Shown one piece after another: positions 59,209 through 64,000 of a DNA stretch of 64,000 nucleotides. The notes below the pieces were generated by a model. It did not search any database. It was given only the letters and a program-made list of their open reading frames with translations, and was not told the DNA's origin. The DNA comes from Planctomycetota bacterium. Lineage in GTDB: Bacteria; Planctomycetota; Planctomycetia; Pirellulales; Lacipirellulaceae. Position numbers and translations under genes: made by a program. Numbering within the stretch: the first letter of the stretch is position 1; each line of letters starts with the position of its first letter. The stretch is taken from assembly GCA_039190745.1 (NCBI GenBank), contig JBCCXZ010000008.1, positions 1-64,000 on the forward strand, read 5' to 3'.

Positions 59209-59234
59209 GGGGCCAACCCAAAGCGCGCCCAACT

Positions 59235-60248
59235 TCACATCAGCGAGTTCAGCGTGTCCGTATAGAACGAGAAGATCCGGAAGATCATCACAATGATCAA
59301 TGCAGCGACCCCAACCCAGACCGTGTACCCCGCCAGCTGCGCGAGCATCGACATCGCGTCCGCCGCCCGCCGCTGGTACTCCCGGCTCTGGTACTTCATC
59401 GCCTCGACGAGGCTCCCCGCCTCGTCCCCCGCGGCGATCGCGTCCAGCAGGTCGCCGGGAATGGCCCCGGTCTTCGCCAGCGACACCGGCAGTGACATCC
59501 CGCGTTGGATCCGCTCCGCCACCGCCGGACCGTGCTTCGACAAGAACTCGTTCCCGCTCGCGTCCAGCGCCAGCGGCAACGCCACCCGCAAGTCCATCGG
59601 CGTATCCAACACCAGCTGCAACGCCCACGCAAACCTAGCTAACGCCAGCGTCCGGATCGCGTCGCCCACCACCGGCGCCCGCGTCGCGAGCCGCTGCAGA
59701 GGACGGACCCACACAGCCCGCCGACGCACAGACTCCAACACCACGAACACCCCAATCGCCAGAGCGATCACGAGGTTCAGATAAATCACCAACCCACGAG
59801 TACCCGTGAGCCCGAACCCGAGGATATCCACTTCCAGGAAGCCCATGATGTAGATCAACAGACCGATCACAAACGCGGCGACGCCCAGCTGCATCATCGG
59901 CCATGCGATCCGCGAAAGGAAATCCCGCTTCGCGGCGCGGGTGCGGTCGTAGTGCTCCGCCAACCGCCGGTAGGTCACGTCCAGCCGGCCTGTAGCCTCG
60001 CCCATTTCCACCATCCGCCGGAACAACGGCGGGAAGAACTCGCCCGTACGCGGCAGCGCGTCGCCGATCCCAGAGCCCGCCGCCACGTCGTCGGCGATCG
60101 AACCCACGGCACGCTGCATCGCTCCGCTCGACCGCCTGGCCTCGTCCGACCAGGTCTTGCGGTCCTCGATGCCGGCCTTGCTCGACAACGCCAACCGGTG
60201 GCAGAGCTGCGACAGCGGATACAAACGAGCACGAGGGCTTAACAACAT
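59235..60248 (-). CDS. Type II secretion system F / PilC family protein
   Basis: Two T2SSF repeats (FPPLFRRMVEMGEATGRLD; AIAAGDEAGSL) and three TM segments. Confidence 0.9.
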   Translation of the reverse strand: MLLSPRARLYPLSQLCHRLALSSKAGIEDRKTWSDEARRSSGAMQRAVGSIADDVAAGSGIGDALPRTGEFFPPLFRRMVEMGEATGRLDVTYRRLAEHYDRTRAAKRDFLSRIAWPMMQLGVAAFVIGLLIYIMGFLEVDILGFGLTGTRGLVIYLNLVIALAIGVFVVLESVRRRAVWVRPLQRLATRAPVVGDAIRTLALARFAWALQLVLDTPMDLRVALPLALDASGNEFLSKHGPAVAERIQRGMSLPVSLAKTGAIPGDLLDAIAAGDEAGSLVEAMKYQSREYQRRAADAMSMLAQLAGYTVWVGVAALIIVMIFRIFSFYTDTLNSLM

Positions 60249-60321
60249 GCCACACCCAACAGAACAAAGACGGGAACCCAGATCGCCTCGGTCGGCCAGA
60301 CGGCTGTTCGCGACCGAACGG

Positions 60322-60762
60322 CTACTCGCCGATGTCCTCGTCCCACAACTCGGGCCGGGCAGCGGCGAACTCCCGCATCAATCGTTTGCATTCTTCGTCG
60401 TCCACAACCGTAAGGTCAACTCCGCGGGAACGCACATAGTCCTCCGGCCCCCGGAAAATGCTGTTCTCCCCGGCGATTACTTTGGGGATGCCGTACAGCA
60501 GCACCGCCCCGCTGCACATGTCGCAAGGCGACAGCGTCGAGTAGAGCGTCGCCCGCCGGTAGTCCGCCGCCCGCAGCCGGCCGGCACGCTCCAGGCAATC
60601 CATCTCGGCGTGCAGCACCACGCTGCCCTGCTGCACCCGGCGGTTGTGACCCCGGCCGACAATCTCACCGTCGATCACCAACACCGAACCGATCGGGATC
60701 CCGCCTTCTTCCAGCCCCAGCCGGGCCTCCTCGATCGCCGCCTGCAAGAACGGGTCGCTCAC
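60322..60762 (-). CDS. Cytosine/nucleoside deaminase (zinc-dependent, yeast FCY1-like)
   Basis: EGGIPIGSVL, HAEMDCLE, TLSPCDMC; the GTG start overlaps the ade stop (GTGA). Confidence 0.9.
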   Translation of the reverse strand: MSDPFLQAAIEEARLGLEEGGIPIGSVLVIDGEIVGRGHNRRVQQGSVVLHAEMDCLERAGRLRAADYRRATLYSTLSPCDMCSGAVLLYGIPKVIAGENSIFRGPEDYVRSRGVDLTVVDDEECKRLMREFAAARPELWDEDIGE

Positions 60763-62408
60763 GACCGGCCCTCCACCAAGTCCGTGAACGCGAACCGGCC
60801 GCCGTCGAACAGACCTAGGTCGCTCAGTTTCAACTCGGGAATCACCAACAAAGCCATGAAAGAAAGCGTCATGTACGGCGCCCGCAGCGGCGAGCCCCAA
60901 CCCTTTACCGCCCGGTCCAGCGCCTGGTACGCATCGGCCACCTCCTCGCACGTGCCCGTGGCCATCAGCCCCGCCACCGGCAGCGGCAGCACCAGCCGCG
61001 TCTGCTCGGCGGCGCAGACCGCGCTCAACCCGCCGCCCTCGTCCATTACCGCGTTGATCGCTTCGGTCAGGTCCCCGTCCTCGGCGCCCACCGCGATCAC
61101 GTTGTGCGAGTCGTGCGCCACGCTCGAAGCCATCGCCCCGCGGCTCAGCCCGAAATTCTTGATGAACGCAACGGCCGGCTCCGCCTTTCGGTATCGGTTC
61201 ACCACTACCAACTTCAGCACGTCGGCAGACGGGTCCGAGACAATCGCCCCGCCTTCGACCTTCGGTTCCACCGACAACCGGTTGGTGATCAACTGCCCGT
61301 CCAACGCCTCGATCACCTGCAAGAGTCCATCCGCAGCCGGAACGCGGAGCTGCGCCGCATCGACGCGGTTCGGCACAAACCGATTCGCTACCGGCGGCTC
61401 GACGCGTTCGAGCTTCGTTCGCCCCGTCTCCGCGACCAAGCGGCCGTCGATCCAAGTCCGCTTAACGCGGAAGTCTGCAAGCGATTGAACCTCGATAAAA
61501 TCGGCGGGGTCCCCCACACGCAACAACCCCACATCGAGGCCGTAGTGCTGAACCGGGTTCACACAAGCCGCCCGCAACACATCATAGGCATCAACTCCAT
61601 TGGCTACCGCCCTGCGGACCAATGCGTCGATGTGCCCCTCGACCAACTCGTCGGGGTGCTTGTCGTCGCTGCACAGCATCGTCATCTCCGGGTGCTCGGA
61701 GAGAAGGGTGTACAACGCATCGAAGTTCCGCGCGGCCGAACCTTCCCGGATCGCGATCTTGCAGCCCGCCGCCAGCTTGTCGAGCGCTTCTTCCTTGGTG
61801 AAGCACTCGTGGTCGGTCGTCATACCCGCCGCGACGTACCGTGCCGCCTCCTCTCCCCGCAGTCCAGGGGCGTGGCCGTCGACCGGCTTGCCCCGGGACA
61901 GAGCCGCCTCGATCTTCGCCAGGCAGCCCGGGTCCCCGTGCAGAACGCCCGGGAAATTCATCATCTCGCTCAGGTACCGCACCCGCGGATCGTCCAGGAG
62001 GGCCTCGACTTCGGCGGTCGTGATCTCCGCACCCGCGGTCTCGAAGGTCGTCGCCGGAACGCAAGAGGGGGCCCCGAAGTTGAACTTCAGCGGCGAGCCC
62101 TCCGCCTCAGCCAACATGTACCGGACGCCCTCCACGCCAAGCACGTTGCCGATCTCGTGCGGGTCGCTCACCGTCGCAACGGTCCCGTGGACCACCGCCT
62201 TCCGAGCGAACTCGGTCGGCACGAGCATCGAGCTCTCAATGTGCACGTGGGCGTCGACAAACCCCGGCAGCAAGAACGTATCGGGGGCCTCGGAAACCGA
62301 CTCGATGGCTACAATCCGGCCGGACTCGACTCGTACCTTCGACGGCACGGCCTCGCGTTTTTCGATGTCGACCACCCGGCCTACAACTTCAAACGACGGC
62401 GCACTCAT
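60759..62408 (-). CDS. ade: Adenine deaminase
   Basis: PGFVDAHVHIESSM, DPHEIGNV, EMMNFPG, DGHAPG, DHEC, REGSAA, SDDKHP, SSVAHDSHN, LPVAGLM. Confidence 0.95.
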   Translation of the reverse strand: MSAPSFEVVGRVVDIEKREAVPSKVRVESGRIVAIESVSEAPDTFLLPGFVDAHVHIESSMLVPTEFARKAVVHGTVATVSDPHEIGNVLGVEGVRYMLAEAEGSPLKFNFGAPSCVPATTFETAGAEITTAEVEALLDDPRVRYLSEMMNFPGVLHGDPGCLAKIEAALSRGKPVDGHAPGLRGEEAARYVAAGMTTDHECFTKEEALDKLAAGCKIAIREGSAARNFDALYTLLSEHPEMTMLCSDDKHPDELVEGHIDALVRRAVANGVDAYDVLRAACVNPVQHYGLDVGLLRVGDPADFIEVQSLADFRVKRTWIDGRLVAETGRTKLERVEPPVANRFVPNRVDAAQLRVPAADGLLQVIEALDGQLITNRLSVEPKVEGGAIVSDPSADVLKLVVVNRYRKAEPAVAFIKNFGLSRGAMASSVAHDSHNVIAVGAEDGDLTEAINAVMDEGGGLSAVCAAEQTRLVLPLPVAGLMATGTCEEVADAYQALDRAVKGWGSPLRAPYMTLSFMALLVIPELKLSDLGLFDGGRFAFTDLVEGRS

Positions 62409-62450
62409 GGCCTGCTCCTGGAGCCGGGTTTGTTGATCCGCTGCACGGCG

Positions 62451-63833
62451 TCAGTTCTTCGGTCCGCCGTCTCCGCGTCCGCCTCCTCCTCCACCGCCAC
62501 GCCGACGCCCACCGCGGCCGCCCCGGCCCCCGCGGCCCCGCGAAGACGAAGCCCGCGACGGCGCCCGACTACGCCCCTCGAGGTTGGCATCGACAATCAC
62601 ATTGATTGCCTCCGACCAACTGGGGATGCTGCGGTGGCTCGATCGGCGAGGGGCGCCTTCTTCCGCCTCGGCGTCGTCGCCTTCGAGCCCTTGCCCAAAA
62701 CCGACGTTGGCAAGATCATCGTCTTCGTCCGCCGAATCAGAAACCGATCCGGTCTCGGCGCCGCTCTCAGCCGGCTTGCGTCGACGGCGACGCGAACGGC
62801 GGCGACGCGGTCGGCGTTCTTCGCCGTCTTCGTCGTCTCCGCTTTCCTCTTTCTCGGCAGGTCCGAGCCCGGCTCCAAACCCATCATCGGCGTCTTCCGC
62901 TCCACTGCGAGAACCCAGCCCATCGTCCGAGTCCGCCAAGTCAGCGTTCTCCGCGGCAGGGCTATCGCCCGATCGGCCGCCGCGTCCGCGACGCCCCCTC
63001 CGCCGGCGACGCCGGCGCTTGGGCTTGTCGCCTGGCTCATCCGACTCGTCGCTATCACCTTCGGCTGCGACCTCCTCGGAACTGGCTTCGCTTTCAGTGG
63101 CATCGATCCCCTCGCCAAAGGCCGATCCTGTGTCGTTAACATCCGGGCCCTCAGAGGCGTCCTCGGGTTCGGAAGACGCCGGACGAAACCGCGAAGGTAT
63201 CCGGGAGAACAATGCATCGAAGGCGCTACGCGCAGCTTCACCGGCAACGCCTCGTGGCTGATCCTCGACGTCATCCGCGTCAGCAGATTCATCCGCCGAT
63301 TCTTCCACCTCCCCGAAAGCCGTGTCCAACGCCGTTTCCGTATCCGCCATGGAGACTTCGGAATCGGCCGCTGAGACTTCCTCCACGCTCTCTTCTGCGA
63401 TCTCTTCTGCATCGTCGAGGCCATCGTCGGGGTCGGCAAACCCGATGAAAGGCTCCGGTTCGGGCTCTTCGATCGATTGCTCGCTCCCACCTACTTCATC
63501 CGCCGGTTCGGCTGCCGGGGGCAGAGCCTCCTGAACCGAGGCGGCCTCTCCTTCACCGAAATCGAAGTCATCATCAATCCGCTCAGGCGAGCCGAGCACC
63601 GATTCGCCCTCCGCCTCGATCGGCGTTTCGATCCCCAATTGGCCAGCCAGCTCCGCCCAATCGCTGTCCGAGGGCTGCACGGGCTCCGGCTCCGATTGCG
63701 GAACTGGCGACGCAGCCTCAGGCTCAGGCAGAGCGTTCGCCGGCTGCTTGCGCTCGAATGCGTCTGCGGCGGGCTCGGCGCCCAATTCACTAAGAAGGTC
63801 GTCCCAGCCCGATTCGTCTTGTTGGTCTTGCAT
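62451..63833 (-). CDS. Acidic, intrinsically disordered protein with Arg-rich tracts and RGG-rich C-terminus
   Basis: D/E-rich low-complexity sequence; KPKRRRRRRRGRRGRGG; short ordered motifs WDDLLSELG, WAELAGQLG, IPSWSEAINVIV. Confidence 0.75.
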   Translation of the reverse strand: MQDQQDESGWDDLLSELGAEPAADAFERKQPANALPEPEAASPVPQSEPEPVQPSDSDWAELAGQLGIETPIEAEGESVLGSPERIDDDFDFGEGEAASVQEALPPAAEPADEVGGSEQSIEEPEPEPFIGFADPDDGLDDAEEIAEESVEEVSAADSEVSMADTETALDTAFGEVEESADESADADDVEDQPRGVAGEAARSAFDALFSRIPSRFRPASSEPEDASEGPDVNDTGSAFGEGIDATESEASSEEVAAEGDSDESDEPGDKPKRRRRRRRGRRGRGGRSGDSPAAENADLADSDDGLGSRSGAEDADDGFGAGLGPAEKEESGDDEDGEERRPRRRRSRRRRRKPAESGAETGSVSDSADEDDDLANVGFGQGLEGDDAEAEEGAPRRSSHRSIPSWSEAINVIVDANLEGRSRAPSRASSSRGRGGRGGRGGRRRGGGGGGGRGDGGPKN

Positions 63834-64000
63834 ACCACCCAGGCATAGAAATGAGGTGCCAGAGACACCAGGATTCGGTCGCACTCTCCCTCGGCTAAGG
63901 CCTTCGGGAGATCTAACCACGAACAGCCGTTCTCACGCGGCGAGTAATCCACGAATATAAGGCGACGCGGCCATACGGGGAACCCGCAGTTGGTCCCGAG

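Noticed and set aside
58808..59234. CsrB/RsmZ-like sRNA next to csrA
   Set aside because: No array of GGA-loop hairpins; the sequence belongs to a repeat family also found far from csrA.

Overview
GC-rich bacterial DNA whose gene content points to a planctomycete, probably Pirellulales/Lacipirellulaceae-like (LEPRxLL-type export leaders, PEP-CTERM proteins, CSLREA and dockerin-like repeats, orphan murB-ftsQ). The left end (1-13 kb) holds a giant adhesin with an LEPRxLL leader that runs off the window. Beside it is a type I secretion-like cluster with no ABC ATPase in view: HlyD, TolC, an RRE/PqqD-like-M50 peptidase-HlyD fusion, GAF-HlyD and PilZ. Next come an M14 peptidase-spmA-spmB-LD-carboxypeptidase-MATE run and a lower-GC PEP-CTERM gene. 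A probable pipecolate/lysine catabolic cluster follows (ALDH7, a divergent DUF1338/HglS-like protein, an MSOX/PIPOX-family oxidase), then a degenerate SMC-like DUF4332 protein. At 32.6-38.3 kb is a tandem cassette array. In two cassettes a complete PEP-CTERM protein reads on in frame into a second planctomycete export leader (RxLRxExxExRRxLA) and a CSLREA-type adhesin, suggesting a two-protein precursor with exchangeable N-terminal cassettes; one copy has a frameshift and the other an in-frame TAA. The right half is mostly housekeeping (rimO, pgsA, trmL, csrA, PilC-like, ade, cytosine deaminase), but the MurG, MurE and MurB homologs all carry substitutions in canonical motifs. Intergenic regions contain REP/MITE-like palindromes, some nested, and a dispersed 250-440 bp structured repeat family (3 long copies, 1 partial) that may be an ncRNA. 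No rRNA, tRNA, CRISPR array or transposase was recognised. All calls come from reading motifs by eye; no searches were run.
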